A DNA stretch of 64,000 nucleotides from Myxococcota bacterium (GCA_052033505.1 JBPOJN010000014.1:5599-69598), one strand, 5' to 3'. Counted from the first letter of the stretch, positions 1-12,815 are shown. The notes: a model not told the origin generated them from the letters alone. Program-made: numbers and translations.

Positions 1-44
1 CCGCTACGCCATGTCGTCGATGAACCACAAAATCATCAAGGGAT

Positions 45-1160
45 TCATTGCGGCAGGGCCGGATCTTCCATCATCGGATACGGATCGCTGTCTAACGCTT
101 TCATGAAGGCCACGAGATCCGCTTTTTCCTGATCGTTCAAATTCAAGGGCTCCATGCGCACGTCGAGGTTCGGATTTTTTATGCCGCCTTTATTGTAGAA
201 TTCCACGACCGCTTCCAGAGTCGTCTCCGATCCGTCGTGCATGTAGGGGCCGGTCTTCGTGATGTCGCGCACGGTCGGAGTCTTGAACGCGCCTTTGTCT
301 TCCTTGGCCTTCGTGACCGCAAAGCGGCCCATGTCAGGTTTCGGTTTCGATTGTCCCACGCCTAAGTTGTGAAACATGCTGTCGGAAAAATTCGGGCCCG
401 CGTGGCAGCGCGTGCAATTGGCCTTGCCGAAGAAAAGATCGCGGCCGCGGATTTCGGAGGCGTTCATGGCATCGGCCTCGCCGAACGTGTATCGGTCGTA
501 TTTGGAATTTCCACCCAGGACCGTTCGCTCAAAAGAGGCGATGGCCTTGGCGATCCTGTCTTTATCGATGCCGGGGCTGCCGAAGGCTTTTTCAAAATAA
601 GACGCATAACCCGCGATCGATCCGCAGGCTTTCACGACGTTGTCGTGGGAAGGGTTGCCCATTTCGAGCATGTTCACCAAAGGCCCGAGCGATTGTTCTT
701 CAAGCGTCGCCGCACGTCCGTCCCAAAACTGCAATCCCATGTAAGTCGCATTCACGACCGTCGGCGCGCTTAAGCCGCCTTTCTTGCCGTGGATGCCGGT
801 CGAAACGACAGCGTTGTCGGTCCATCCCATTTTGGGATTGTGGCAGCTTGCGCACGACACCGTCCCATCGGCCGAGAGGCGTTTGTCAAAATATAGCATG
901 CGTCCCAATTCGACTTTTTCCGGCGTCAGCGGATTATCCGCCGGTATGTTCAAGTTTTCGTAGTCGAGACCCAACGGCACTTTCACGAAAGGGGCCTCTT
1001 TGGCGGGATTAAAGGCCGGGATCGTTTTCGCCGTTTCCGCAGCAGCGGCAGGAGGATTAGTCGTTGCCGGATTGAGAGAAGTAGCAGGAGCCTTCTGCGA
1101 TTCGTTGCCGCAAGACGCGGCGACGAGAGCAAAAAAAATCAAAAGAACGAAATTTTTCAT
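45..1160 (-). CDS. Di-heme cytochrome c peroxidase (CCP/MauG family), lipoprotein
   Basis: Two CxxCH motifs (CASCH, CTRCH); GRMLYFDKRLS, QFWDGRA and FKTPTVRDITKTGPYMHDGS family motifs; lipobox VAASC. Confidence 0.92.
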   Translation of the reverse strand: MKNFVLLIFFALVAASCGNESQKAPATSLNPATTNPPAAAAETAKTIPAFNPAKEAPFVKVPLGLDYENLNIPADNPLTPEKVELGRMLYFDKRLSADGTVSCASCHNPKMGWTDNAVVSTGIHGKKGGLSAPTVVNATYMGLQFWDGRAATLEEQSLGPLVNMLEMGNPSHDNVVKACGSIAGYASYFEKAFGSPGIDKDRIAKAIASFERTVLGGNSKYDRYTFGEADAMNASEIRGRDLFFGKANCTRCHAGPNFSDSMFHNLGVGQSKPKPDMGRFAVTKAKEDKGAFKTPTVRDITKTGPYMHDGSETTLEAVVEFYNKGGIKNPNLDVRMEPLNLNDQEKADLVAFMKALDSDPYPMMEDPALPQ

Positions 1161-1236
1161 GGTCTCCCCTTTGTGCGGTATCTTCCCGCCGAATTGTCAT
1201 TATTAGGGGACGAATGAAAACAAAAAATTTACGGGA

Positions 1237-2634
1237 TTAGGACTTGGCAGCACGAGGGTGGATGATCTCTTCCCATACCGCAAGATGCTCAGCCTTCGGA
1301 GGTAGTGGAATTCCCGCTTTTGCCATGACGTCTATGATCTCCTGCTGAGATTTTTTCCCGAAATTTCTTGGTTTTGGTGTTTCGTCCCAACGGTGGATAA
1401 GTTCCCCGACATACTTGATATTTGCATTCTGAATGGCATTTGCCACCCTTGTCGAAAAGGCGAAGCCACTGACTTCCAAAAACAACACTTCTTTTATGAG
1501 CCTGGAGTCCAGCAATCTTCGTACGCGCTGAGGACTATGAGTGTATCGATTTATTTCTTCCCTGAGACGGTTGCTGTTTGTGCGTATCGTTTTGTCGTTC
1601 TCTTCATAGCCATGTCCCTGCGGCAACATAGGTTTATAGGGCATGAGAGAGCAGCCGAATTTTTCGATCAGCAAGGCTATCTGTGTCAGGACCGTAGGGC
1701 TTAATTCTCTTTTCAGATCACAGGCCCAGCCATCCGATTGAAATCGGAGAGGGATATGAAATTCATGCTCGCGCTCATCTATTGTATTTTGCCGAATACA
1801 GATGGCTATACTTTCGGATGAAGCTGCCGCGATATCTTCTGGGATGAGATGAAGGTCTGCCGGCGAAACGGGCTGTTCGCCTTTAACGATTGCCAGATAT
1901 AACTGATCGTTGAGCTGCGGGTCTTGGCCATTTAGGGCCTGAGAGATGGCTTTTTGTAACCTCTCGGCATTGGATCGCTGTGGAATGGCGGCCGGGAGCT
2001 TCGGAGATACGGCAGAAAAGAAGGTGTTATTTAAAGCTTTAAGGAGAGGGGTGAGCAGCTCTCCTTCGATCCCGCTTCCTTGAAGAGTTTTCATATCAAT
2101 TGGGGTGAGCTTCAAGGATCGTAGCGTCCCCTCAGAAACAAAACAAAAAGCGGCTCCTAACGCCGAGGCTATATCCGCCAGTACGGTCATCAGTTCTGGA
2201 TCGTTGGCCGCAGTGGCGGGCGTTGAGACGAAGGGAGTCGGAGAGAAAGGCGATAAGCGGGGCGCGAAGCCCCTCAAAGGACCGGCGAAATTACCATCTA
2301 TGCCGCCGGTTATGAACTTGTGAATAAATAAACCGACTAAGCCTGGTGAGTATTCTCTAATCGGTGAAGCTTTTTCTGTCTCGAGCCAGGGGTGAATTGG
2401 TGTCGGCAATAGAGGTTTTCGTGTGTCTAAATATCCAGTGATGGTCGCATATTCCGTATCATTCGAGAGACGACCTGCCTCTGCCAGCCTGGGGATTTGG
2501 TATAGGGGAACGGCTTTATCTTGAACGGCGAAAATTCTACCTTCCGCTACGAACAATCCTGCGGCGTTTAGATCTCTCGCGAGATGGCTCAGTGAAAAGC
2601 CAAGCTGTGTGGCTCCTAATAATTGCTTTTGCAT
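1237..2634 (-). CDS. Hypothetical protein with C-terminal RNA polymerase alpha-CTD-like domain
   Basis: 465-aa ORF with AGGAG RBS; C-terminal FSTRVANAIQNANIKYVGELI...PRNFGKKSQQEIIDVM resembles the RpoA CTD. Confidence 0.7.
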   Translation of the reverse strand: MQKQLLGATQLGFSLSHLARDLNAAGLFVAEGRIFAVQDKAVPLYQIPRLAEAGRLSNDTEYATITGYLDTRKPLLPTPIHPWLETEKASPIREYSPGLVGLFIHKFITGGIDGNFAGPLRGFAPRLSPFSPTPFVSTPATAANDPELMTVLADIASALGAAFCFVSEGTLRSLKLTPIDMKTLQGSGIEGELLTPLLKALNNTFFSAVSPKLPAAIPQRSNAERLQKAISQALNGQDPQLNDQLYLAIVKGEQPVSPADLHLIPEDIAAASSESIAICIRQNTIDEREHEFHIPLRFQSDGWACDLKRELSPTVLTQIALLIEKFGCSLMPYKPMLPQGHGYEENDKTIRTNSNRLREEINRYTHSPQRVRRLLDSRLIKEVLFLEVSGFAFSTRVANAIQNANIKYVGELIHRWDETPKPRNFGKKSQQEIIDVMAKAGIPLPPKAEHLAVWEEIIHPRAAKS

Positions 2635-2651
2635 ATCGTCTCCTGGTGGAT

Positions 2652-2678
2652 CTTTCGTCGTTAGCTCAAGAAAGTTGT
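2652..2678 (-). promoter_or_regulatory. Variant sigma28-like promoter motif
   Basis: ACAACTTT-N11-GACGAAAG, ending 17 nt before the ATG at 2634. Confidence 0.6.
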
Positions 2679-2762
2679 TGGAAAACAGGTAATGACCAAA
2701 AGACCTCGAATCAAGGGTTTAAGGAGTCTTGATTTGTTACCGCGCTACAGTAGAGCTGAGTT

Positions 2763-3224
2763 ATGCCTCCTCAATACTGGCTCCTGAAATCCGAACCCGG
2801 ATCCTATTCGATCGACGATCTGAAAAAAGACTGCAAGACGGCCTGGACCGGAGTGCGCAATTACCAAGCGCGGAATTTCATGCGCGACCAAATGAAGGTC
2901 GGCGATCTCGTCCTGTTTTATCATTCGAACGCCGAACCGCCCGGAGTTGCCGGCATCGCGCGCGTCTGTTCCGGCGCTCATCCGGACGAGAGCGCGTGGG
3001 ACGAGAACGACACGCATTATGATCCTCGTTCGACGAAGGAAAAGCCCGTTTGGATGCTGGTCGACGTAGAATTCGTCGAGAAATTCAAACGTTTCGTTTC
3101 TTTGGAAGAGATTAAAAATGAACCGAAGCTTGCGGGAATGCTCGTCCTCAAAAAAGGCCAACGTTTATCGGTGCAGCCGGTCGAAAGAGGGCATTTCGAA
3201 GTTTTGCGGAAAATGGGTTCTTAA
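2763..3224 (+). CDS. EVE domain protein (THYN1-like)
   Basis: YWLLKSEP, WTGVRNYQARNFMR, GDLVLFYHS, RLSVQPV. Confidence 0.93.
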   Translation: MPPQYWLLKSEPGSYSIDDLKKDCKTAWTGVRNYQARNFMRDQMKVGDLVLFYHSNAEPPGVAGIARVCSGAHPDESAWDENDTHYDPRSTKEKPVWMLVDVEFVEKFKRFVSLEEIKNEPKLAGMLVLKKGQRLSVQPVERGHFEVLRKMGS

Positions 3225-3229
3225 AGGTC

Positions 3230-4432
3230 CTACAGCGTGAAATCCACCGAGATCGCATCGTGATCCGAGGCGGGGACGCCGTTGTGACGTAAGTCGCCCC
3301 AAACGCGAGGACGGACGCTTGCGCCTTTGAGCGCGGATTTGGCTTCGCCGTCGTTCAAAACCTTCAAGCCTTTTTGAGCAAACCAATCGAGCTTGAATGA
3401 GCACCTTCCGCCATAATCTTTCAAATCCCATTCCACGAAACGGAAACACCAGAGCGGGATCCAGTCGCGCAGGGACTTGAACTGCTTGAGGTCCTCGATG
3501 CTGTAGTGGTTCGTGCAGACGCCGAGTTCGTTGCAGTCTTTATAAGTGAAACCGTTCTTTTCCAGCATTCGGAAAAGCGCTTTTTCGAAATACAGGTCGG
3601 GATTTGGGTAATGCCGTTTCATCATGCGGTGGATGCCGACGCCCACGCGGACCCAGAAGCCGATGATGGAAGAGGTCGCATTATGTGAGTCATAAGTCGA
3701 CGTGTTCCAGTCGCCGCCCATGAGCGCGGTGGTCACTTTTTCCTCGTTCATGGCTTTTACCACCGCTTCAATTTCGTTCTTACGCGTCTTCTGCGTCGAA
3801 CGCATGTTCACGTGCTGGCAGGCTACCCGCAATTCGTGTCCCGCGAAGTTGATGGTCGCGATCAAGACGCGCTGCGTGCCCAGGCGCTTTTCCTTCCCGC
3901 TCATTTTATCGTGCGGGTTCGGGACGGAAACGATGCGGGGTTTGAGGATCGGGTAGCGCGAGAGGATGGCGTTGCCGTGTAAGCCCAGTTCGTTCTCGCC
4001 TTCCATGTCGCGTTCGGGACCGTTGCCTTTTTCGAGGTTTAAGTAAGATGGTGCGAAGAAGTAATTCATTCCCAAGGCCTTCGCCAGATCGCGTGCGACG
4101 TTGCGGTTACGCGAGCGGGCCATACCTAGGTCGGTTTCGGTGAGCAGCAGTACGTCCGCACCTGACATGACGTCGTGATTTTTCAGGAAATGCAGGATTT
4201 CTTCGTAGCAGGTACCACGCTCGACGTTCCAAGCGACGGCGCGGTAGTAGTTTTCCGGGGCGGGCATCGCGTGGTCGGCCGTCATCTCGAAGCTGTGCAG
4301 GACCTTCAGGATGCGAGGCTTCAAATCTTGATACAGCCGCGATTGTTCGAGCGAATTCGTCGAATTAAAACCCAAAAGAGCGGGTAGCTCCGTATGCAGG
4401 TCGTGCAGGATTTGCGGGGTGTGCTCGAACAT
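3230..4432 (-). CDS. Endonuclease/exonuclease/phosphatase (EEP) family protein
   Basis: AWNVERG, DVLLLTE, GNAILSRYP, GGDWN, SDHDAI; start taken at MFEH (4432) or TTG at 4468, because the longer ORF overlaps gltB. Confidence 0.85.
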   Translation of the reverse strand: MFEHTPQILHDLHTELPALLGFNSTNSLEQSRLYQDLKPRILKVLHSFEMTADHAMPAPENYYRAVAWNVERGTCYEEILHFLKNHDVMSGADVLLLTETDLGMARSRNRNVARDLAKALGMNYFFAPSYLNLEKGNGPERDMEGENELGLHGNAILSRYPILKPRIVSVPNPHDKMSGKEKRLGTQRVLIATINFAGHELRVACQHVNMRSTQKTRKNEIEAVVKAMNEEKVTTALMGGDWNTSTYDSHNATSSIIGFWVRVGVGIHRMMKRHYPNPDLYFEKALFRMLEKNGFTYKDCNELGVCTNHYSIEDLKQFKSLRDWIPLWCFRFVEWDLKDYGGRCSFKLDWFAQKGLKVLNDGEAKSALKGASVRPRVWGDLRHNGVPASDHDAISVDFTL

Positions 4433-4478
4433 TTTGGACGAGTTAAAGTCGGGTGCTAGAGGTGTCAACACAAGAAGC

Positions 4479-4505
4479 GCAACTTCGGCCGTCGAGGGAC
4501 GAGAC
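4479..4505 (+). promoter_or_regulatory. Possible variant sigma28-like promoter upstream of gltB
   Basis: GCAACTTC-N11-GACGAGAC about 110 nt before the gltB ATG. Confidence 0.35.
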
Positions 4506-4615
4506 CTAAACTGTTCTTTTTGAATGCAAAAAGGGCTGGACAGGAAGATTCCTATGGTTTTTACCTTAGGATTCCCCCATCCATGTCCATGGACTGGTTT
4601 TTTTAAGGAGTTCGT

Positions 4616-7600
4616 ATGTTTGTGCGCGGTTTGCCGAAGAAACAAGGTTTGTACGATCCCAGGTTCGAACACGACGCGTGCGGCGTAGGTTTCGTCGCGC
4701 ACATGAAGGGCCGCAAGTCCCATGACATCGTCAAAAACGGCCTGCAGATCCTGCTCAATCTCGACCACCGCGGCGCCTGCGGCGCGGAGACGAATACGGG
4801 CGACGGCGCCGGTATCCTGATCCAGGTCCCCCATAAATTCCTGATCAAGGCCTGCAAAAAAGAAGGCATCACGCTGCCGGAATTCGGCGCCTACGGCGTC
4901 GGCATGATTTTCCTGCCTCAAGACAAGAAGGTCCGCGAGGCTTGCGAGAAAAAATTCGAAGAAATCGTCAAGCAAGAAGGCCAGGTTTTCCTGGGATGGA
5001 GGACCGTCCCGACCGACGATTCGTCGTTGGGTAATACCGCCAAGGCCTCCGAGCCGGTCGTACGCCAGGCCTTCCTCCAGAGAAGCGCGTCGGTCGCCGC
5101 GGGACTGGACTGGGAGCGCAAACTCTACGTCATCCAAAAATGCGCCGAAAAGGCGATCCGTTACGGATTGAAGGACGCCGAAGGTTTTTACGTCGCGAGC
5201 CTGTCTTCACGCACCATCGTCTACAAAGGCATGCTGCTTTGCGCCCAGGTCGAGCATTTCTACCCGGACCTGGCCGACCCCGACATGGAGAGCGCGATTG
5301 CCCTGGTACATTCGCGCTTTTCGACGAACACGTTCCCCAGCTGGGAGCGTTCGCATCCGTACCGCTACATCGCGCATAACGGCGAGATCAACACGCTCCG
5401 CGGCAACGTGAACTGGATGCGCACGCGCGAGGCGATGCTGGGCGATAAAGTCTGGGGCCAGGACCTGAAGAAGATTTTCCCCGTCATCAACGAAGACGGA
5501 TCGGACTCGGCGATGTTCGACAATGCGCTCGAGCTCCTGCATCTCTCCGGCCGCTCGCTTCCGCACGCGGTCATGATGATGATTCCGGAGCCTTGGGCCA
5601 ATCACGAAAGCATGTCTGCCGAGAAAAAAGCATTCTACGAATATCACGGCTGCTTAATGGAACCTTGGGACGGACCGGCCTCGATCGCCTTCACCGACGG
5701 CACGCAGATCGGCGCGATCTTGGATCGTAACGGATTAAGGCCGTCGCGTTATTACGTCACGAAAGACGATCTCGTCATCATGGCCTCCGAAGTCGGCGTC
5801 TTGGAAGTGGCTCCCGAAAACGTGCTTCAAAAAGGCCGCCTGCAGCCGGGCCGCATGTTCTTGGTCGATACGAAAGAAGGCCGCATCATCGGCGACGATG
5901 AGATCAAGACCGAGATCGCGACCGAAAAACCTTACGCCGAGTGGCTTCAGAAGCATCTGATCGCTCTTGAAAAGCTGCCGGAGGCCCCCGAATTGCCGGA
6001 GCCCGATCACGAGACGGTTCTGCAGAGGCAACGCGCGTTCGGTTATACTTGGGAAGATCTGCGTTTCTTGATGCTGCCCATGGGCAAGAACGGTGTCGAG
6101 GCGACCGGGTCGATGGGTAACGACACGCCGCTGGCCGTATTGTCCGACAAGCCCCAGGTTCTTTACAATTATTTCAAACAGCTCTTCGCCCAGGTCACCA
6201 ATCCTCCGATCGATGCTTTACGGGAAGAAATTGTGACCGCGACCGATACGACGATCGGACCCGAAGGGGACTTGATCGATCCGAAGCCGGAAAATTGCCA
6301 TCAGATCAAATTGAAATCACCGATCTTGAGCAACGAAGAATTGGGCAAGCTCCGCCACGTGCAGCGCGAAGGTTTCCGCTCGACTACGCTGCCGATCCTC
6401 TATAGCCCCGCGGCCGACGGCACCGGTTTGGAAAAGGCCTTGGAAGATTTGTACGAAGCCGCCGACCGCGCGATCGCGGAAGGCTACACGATCATCATCC
6501 TTTCGGACCGCGGCGTGGATAAAGACCATGCGCCGATCCCGGCTTTGCTCGCGACGTCGGGCCTGCATCATCATCTGATTCGCGAAGGCAAGCGCACGCG
6601 CGTGGGGCTCATCTTGGAGACAGGAGAGCCGCGCGAGGTGCATCACTTCGCCCTGCTCGTGGGTTACGGCGTGGGCGCGGTGAATCCGTACCTGGCGTTC
6701 GAGACGTTGGATGACATGATCCGCCAGGGCATACTGACCGACACCACGCACGCGGATGCCGTGAAGAAATACCTGAAGGCCGCGACTAAAGGCGTCGTGA
6801 AAGTCCTGTCGAAGATGGGCATTTCCACGATCCAGAGCTATCGCGGCGCCCAGATTTTCGAAGCCGTGGGTTTGAGCTCATCTTTGATCGACCGCTATTT
6901 CACCGGCACGGCCTCACGCATCCAAGGCATCGGCATTAAAGAAATTTCCGAAGAAGTCCGCCAGCGCCATGCGGTTGCTTTTCCGGAACGCGCGAAAGAC
7001 CGCCCGACGCTCGACGTCGGAGGCCAATATCAGTGGCGCAAAGAAGGGGAGTATCACCTCTTCAACCCGCAGACGATCCACAAGCTCCAGCTCGCCACGC
7101 GCACGAATGACTATAAGGCGTTCAAAGACTATTCCCGTTCCGTTGACGATCAGTCGCAGAGACTCGCGACGCTGCGCGGGCTTTTGGATTTCAAATTTCC
7201 TGAAAAAGGCATTCCCATCGAGGAAGTCGAATCCGTCGACGCGATCTGTAAACGTTTCAAGACCGGAGCCATGTCCTACGGATCGATCAGCCGCGAGGCC
7301 CATGAGTCACTCGCCATCGCGATGAACCGCGTCGGTGGCAAGAGCAACACCGGTGAAGGCGGAGAAGATCCCGAACGCTTCAAGCCGATGCAAAACGGCG
7401 ACTCGAAAAACAGCGCGATCAAACAAGTAGCCTCCGGCCGTTTCGGCGTGACGAGTCATTATTTAGTCAACGCGAAGGAAATCCAGATCAAGATGGCCCA
7501 AGGCGCCAAGCCCGGCGAAGGCGGCCAGCTTCCGGGTACGAAGGTCTATCCTTGGATCGCCAAGGTCCGTCTGTCGACTCCGGGCGTGGGTCTGATTTCG

Positions 7601-9211
7601 CCGCCGCCTCATCATGATATTTACTCGATCGAAGACTTGGCCGAACTGATTCACGATTTGAAGAACGCGAATCGCGATGCGCGTATCAACGTCAAACTCG
7701 TCTCCGAAGTCGGCGTGGGCACGATCGCCGCCGGCGTCGCGAAGGCGCATGCCGACGTGGTGCTGATCAGCGGCCACGACGGCGGTACGGGCGCGTCGCC
7801 CCAGACTTCGATCAAGCACGCGGGGCTTCCGTGGGAATTAGGCCTGGCGGAGACTCATCAGACGTTAGTGCTGAATAATTTGCGTAGCCGCATCGTCGTC
7901 GAAGCGGACGGCCAGATGAAGACCGGCCGCGACGTGATCATCGCGGCGCTTCTGGGCGCCGAGGAATTCGGATTCGCGACCGCGCCCCTTGTCACATTGG
8001 GTTGCATCATGATGCGCGTCTGCCACTTGGACACCTGTCCGGTCGGCGTCGCGACGCAAAATCCCGTCCTACGCAAAAAATTCACCGGCGATCCCGCGCA
8101 TGCGGTCAACTTCATGAAATTCATCGCCCAGGAAATGCGCGAGTTGATGGCGCGTTTGGGTGTCCGCACGATCCTCGAGCTCGTCGGCCGCACGGATTTA
8201 TTGGAAGCGCGGAAAGCCGTCGCTCATTGGAAGGCGAAGGGTCTCGATCTCTCGCCTTTATTGTACCGTCCCGAAGTCGACGCGAGCGTCGGCATCTATG
8301 CGCAGGTCGTGCAGGACCACGGTATCGAACGCTCCCTGGACGTCACCAAGCTTCTGGACCTTTGTAAGCCCGCGCTCGAGCGCAAAGAAAAAGTCGAAGC
8401 GACGATTCCCATTCGGAACGTCAACCGCGTCGTCGGAACCATCCTAGGCAGCGAAGTCACCAAGAAATACGGGGCCGAAGGCCTGCCCGAGGACACGATC
8501 ACGCTTAAGTTCCAGGGTTCGGCCGGTCAAAGCTTCGGTGCGTTCGTGCCGAAGGGCGTGACCCTCGTCCTCGAAGGCGACGCGAACGACTACGTGGGCA
8601 AGGGGCTCTCGGGCGGCAAGATCATCGTGACGCCGCCGGAAGGTGCGACGTTCGTGCCCGAGGAAAACATGATCGTCGGAAACGTGGCCCTCTACGGCGC
8701 GACTTCCGGCGAAGTCTACATCCGCGGCATGGCGGGCGAGCGCTTCTGCGTGCGCAACAGCGGTGTGCACGCCGTCGTCGAGTCCATCGGCGACCACGGC
8801 TGCGAATACATGACGGGCGGCCGTGTCGTCGTCTTGGGGTCGGTCGGACGGAACTTCGCCGCCGGCATGTCGGGCGGCATCGCTTACGTACTCGACGAAG
8901 CCGGCGATCTGACGAAGAAATTGAACAAAGAATTGGTCGAGCCCGAGGCGCTTTCGGATTCTCACGAACTCGAAAACGTGAAGGCCATGATCAAGAAACA
9001 TTACGACTACACGCGCAGCCAGCGGGCCTGGAAGATCCTGTCGGCCTGGAAAGATTTTGCGCCTCGTTTCGTCAAAGTCATGCCGCGCGATTACAAGCGC
9101 GTCTTGGAAGCGATGGACCGCATCTTGGCCCAGGGCCTCTCCGGCGATGACGCCGTCATGGCGGCCTTCAAGGAAAACGCGCAAAGCTTGGTCCGCGTCG
9201 GGGGAAACTAG
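4616..9211 (+). CDS. gltB: Glutamate synthase large subunit
   Basis: HDACGVG N-terminal nucleophile Cys, [38 protein letters not shown]; 1531 aa. Confidence 0.98.
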   Translation: MFVRGLPKKQGLYDPRFEHDACGVGFVAHMKGRKSHDIVKNGLQILLNLDHRGACGAETNTGDGAGILIQVPHKFLIKACKKEGITLPEFGAYGVGMIFLPQDKKVREACEKKFEEIVKQEGQVFLGWRTVPTDDSSLGNTAKASEPVVRQAFLQRSASVAAGLDWERKLYVIQKCAEKAIRYGLKDAEGFYVASLSSRTIVYKGMLLCAQVEHFYPDLADPDMESAIALVHSRFSTNTFPSWERSHPYRYIAHNGEINTLRGNVNWMRTREAMLGDKVWGQDLKKIFPVINEDGSDSAMFDNALELLHLSGRSLPHAVMMMIPEPWANHESMSAEKKAFYEYHGCLMEPWDGPASIAFTDGTQIGAILDRNGLRPSRYYVTKDDLVIMASEVGVLEVAPENVLQKGRLQPGRMFLVDTKEGRIIGDDEIKTEIATEKPYAEWLQKHLIALEKLPEAPELPEPDHETVLQRQRAFGYTWEDLRFLMLPMGKNGVEATGSMGNDTPLAVLSDKPQVLYNYFKQLFAQVTNPPIDALREEIVTATDTTIGPEGDLIDPKPENCHQIKLKSPILSNEELGKLRHVQREGFRSTTLPILYSPAADGTGLEKALEDLYEAADRAIAEGYTIIILSDRGVDKDHAPIPALLATSGLHHHLIREGKRTRVGLILETGEPREVHHFALLVGYGVGAVNPYLAFETLDDMIRQGILTDTTHADAVKKYLKAATKGVVKVLSKMGISTIQSYRGAQIFEAVGLSSSLIDRYFTGTASRIQGIGIKEISEEVRQRHAVAFPERAKDRPTLDVGGQYQWRKEGEYHLFNPQTIHKLQLATRTNDYKAFKDYSRSVDDQSQRLATLRGLLDFKFPEKGIPIEEVESVDAICKRFKTGAMSYGSISREAHESLAIAMNRVGGKSNTGEGGEDPERFKPMQNGDSKNSAIKQVASGRFGVTSHYLVNAKEIQIKMAQGAKPGEGGQLPGTKVYPWIAKVRLSTPGVGLISPPPHHDIYSIEDLAELIHDLKNANRDARINVKLVSEVGVGTIAAGVAKAHADVVLISGHDGGTGASPQTSIKHAGLPWELGLAETHQTLVLNNLRSRIVVEADGQMKTGRDVIIAALLGAEEFGFATAPLVTLGCIMMRVCHLDTCPVGVATQNPVLRKKFTGDPAHAVNFMKFIAQEMRELMARLGVRTILELVGRTDLLEARKAVAHWKAKGLDLSPLLYRPEVDASVGIYAQVVQDHGIERSLDVTKLLDLCKPALERKEKVEATIPIRNVNRVVGTILGSEVTKKYGAEGLPEDTITLKFQGSAGQSFGAFVPKGVTLVLEGDANDYVGKGLSGGKIIVTPPEGATFVPEENMIVGNVALYGATSGEVYIRGMAGERFCVRNSGVHAVVESIGDHGCEYMTGGRVVVLGSVGRNFAAGMSGGIAYVLDEAGDLTKKLNKELVEPEALSDSHELENVKAMIKKHYDYTRSQRAWKILSAWKDFAPRFVKVMPRDYKRVLEAMDRILAQGLSGDDAVMAAFKENAQSLVRVGGN

Positions 9212-9306
9212 TGAACGCAGGAGGGTTTCCCTCCGCAGTGAACGATTCAACAACGATTTAACAGATGGAGGGTTCGGGAGGAGAGCGGTATCTCCTCCTG
9301 ATTATT

Positions 9307-10788
<1,482 letters not shown>

Positions 10789-10867
10789 ATTTAAAAGGGA
10801 AAAACAGTTGCCAGCGAAAAACGTATGGAGTAGCTCCCAGCCCTCTATTTTAATTTAAGGATATATT

Positions 10868-11050
10868 ATGCCGGTTCCCCGTAGAAAAACGTCCCGTCAA
10901 AAAAGAGATACACGACGGTCCCATCAACATCTGCAAAGCCAGCAGGTCCAGCGTTGCAAGCGCTGCGGCAGCCCCCGCATGTCCCATCGCGTGTGCCCGT
11001 CCTGCGGTTTTCTGGGCGATAAAGAGATCTTCCGCATCGAAGAAAAGTAG
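10868..11050 (+). CDS. rpmF: 50S ribosomal protein L32
   Basis: MPVPRRKTSRQKRDTRRSH...CKRCG...HRVCPSCG. Confidence 0.95.
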   Translation: MPVPRRKTSRQKRDTRRSHQHLQSQQVQRCKRCGSPRMSHRVCPSCGFLGDKEIFRIEEK

Positions 11051-11180
11051 GCGAGAAGTAGGCCTTTTTCGTTCCTCTATTCACCTGAATACGCATTTCC
11101 CGAAGCTCCCAGAACCTTCATTGACAGCACAGCGTCTTGTGGTGCCTAATTTATCCAGTAGACTTTAACCGGGAGAACTC

Positions 11181-12803
11181 ATGACTCACATAAAATCCTT
11201 TTTTTTCGCGCTAACTGTGGTGGCAACCGTTTCCTTCTGGTCTCTTGAGGCCAAAACCGCCGAAATCGGTAATAACGATTTTCGCATCAGTGAAATGGGT
11301 CCCGACGGAGATATAAACTATTTCGCGCAATTGCCCGCCGTCGCTTATAACGACACGGATAACGAATATTTCGTGGTGTGGGCCGGAAGTGACGACGCGG
11401 GGGGCCTGCTTGCCAACGAAATCGAATTGTACGGCCAAAGGATCAATGCTGCGACCGGAGCGGTCTTAGGTGATCGCGTGCGTTTGACCCAAGTCGGCAC
11501 CGACGGCACCACCACACGGAGTGTTGTTGTCGGGCAAGGTTTTCGCCCTTCTGTCGCTTACAATAGCACCGACAACGAGTATCTCGTCCTCTGGGTCGCG
11601 GATGACGACGCCGCGGGCCTGGCGGATAACGAATTCGAAATCTTCGGACAACGCGTAGACGCGTCCACGGGACAACCCGTCGGTACCGACGATTTCCAGA
11701 TCAGCTCCATGGGTACGAACGGTAATACTGCTTTTTACGCCTACTTGCAGGATGTCGCCTACAACAGCATCGACGACGAATATCTGGTGGTTTGGGTCGG
11801 TCATTCGCCCACGACGGCGGTGAACGTAAACAACGATCTTTATGGGCAACGCATCGCGGGTGCGACGGGTGCTCTTCTGGGATCCAATCTCGCCTTGCGC
11901 GCCCCCGATACGGTCAATGAAGTTCCCGGCCATTCTCTAGACGTGGGCTTTCCCGCGGTTGCTTACAATCCGGCGGCCGGTGAATATTTGGTGGCCTTCA
12001 TGGGGGACGTCTTCGTCAACGATGACTCGGATATCTTCGCGCAGCGTGTGGACGGGGTGACCGGTATGCCGGTCGGCGTGGAATTCCGTGTCAGCGAGAT
12101 GGGCACGCAAGCGACGCCGGGCAATCCTTTCAGTGTGAATCTGCCGCGCGTGGCTTATAACGGCGACGCTGACGAATATCTGGTCGTATGGACCGGCGAC
12201 GATAGCGTGGATGAAAAAATTGAAGTCTACGGTCAACGTTTGACCGCCGCGACAGGAGCCGCGGTGGGTACTGACGATTTTCAGATCAGCTTCTCGGGCG
12301 ACCCGTCCGATACGGATTTTGGACCCAACTTATTCGCAGACGTGACTTACAATCCCAGAAACCGGGAATACTTGGTCGTATGGCAAGGTGATGTCGATGA
12401 GGGCGGCGGCCTCTTCGACAATGAATTTGAAGTTTTCGGCCAAAAGCTCGAATCCTCCGACGCTACGGCTATCGGCGACAGGATCCGCGTCAGCGACATG
12501 CAGGGGACCGGAAATACGAATGTCGACATCTTAGGTATCGCGTCGGCGTACAATGCGACGGATCAAAATTACCTGGTCGTCTGGAGCGGTGACGACGACG
12601 TCGCACCGTTGGTCGATGACGAGTTCGAGATTTTCGGGCAACTCCTCTCCGATCCCGAATGCGGCAACGGCGTCGTCGAAGGCAGCGAAGGATGTGACGA
12701 CGGTAATTTAACCGACGGTGACGGTTGTTCGGCCGCTTGCGTGGATGAACCGGGAGGCCCGGGGAGTTCAGGCGCTTCCGGCGGCTGTTCTTTAATGAGA
12801 TAA
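11181..12803 (+). CDS. Secreted repeat protein (about 7 VAYN..EYLVVW repeats), Myxococcus Cys-rich repeat, GGCSLMR tail
   Basis: Signal peptide; repeats of about 65 aa, P.VAYN..DNEYLVVW...GQR; CGNGVVEGSEGCDDGNLTDGDGCSAAC. Confidence 0.8.
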   Translation: MTHIKSFFFALTVVATVSFWSLEAKTAEIGNNDFRISEMGPDGDINYFAQLPAVAYNDTDNEYFVVWAGSDDAGGLLANEIELYGQRINAATGAVLGDRVRLTQVGTDGTTTRSVVVGQGFRPSVAYNSTDNEYLVLWVADDDAAGLADNEFEIFGQRVDASTGQPVGTDDFQISSMGTNGNTAFYAYLQDVAYNSIDDEYLVVWVGHSPTTAVNVNNDLYGQRIAGATGALLGSNLALRAPDTVNEVPGHSLDVGFPAVAYNPAAGEYLVAFMGDVFVNDDSDIFAQRVDGVTGMPVGVEFRVSEMGTQATPGNPFSVNLPRVAYNGDADEYLVVWTGDDSVDEKIEVYGQRLTAATGAAVGTDDFQISFSGDPSDTDFGPNLFADVTYNPRNREYLVVWQGDVDEGGGLFDNEFEVFGQKLESSDATAIGDRIRVSDMQGTGNTNVDILGIASAYNATDQNYLVVWSGDDDVAPLVDDEFEIFGQLLSDPECGNGVVEGSEGCDDGNLTDGDGCSAACVDEPGGPGSSGASGGCSLMR

Positions 12804-12815
12804 TCGGGAAGACAC

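Noticed and set aside
1-44. Possible 3' end of a plus-strand gene entering the window
   Set aside because: Too little sequence to identify.
4433-5137. N-terminal 234 aa of the 635-aa minus-strand ORF
   Set aside because: Largely the antisense shadow of gltB; EEP motifs begin only after MFEH at 4432.
12780-12803. CSLMR/CSLVR tails as eukaryote-type CaaX prenylation motifs
   Set aside because: The Cys is fifth or sixth from the C-terminus, not fourth.
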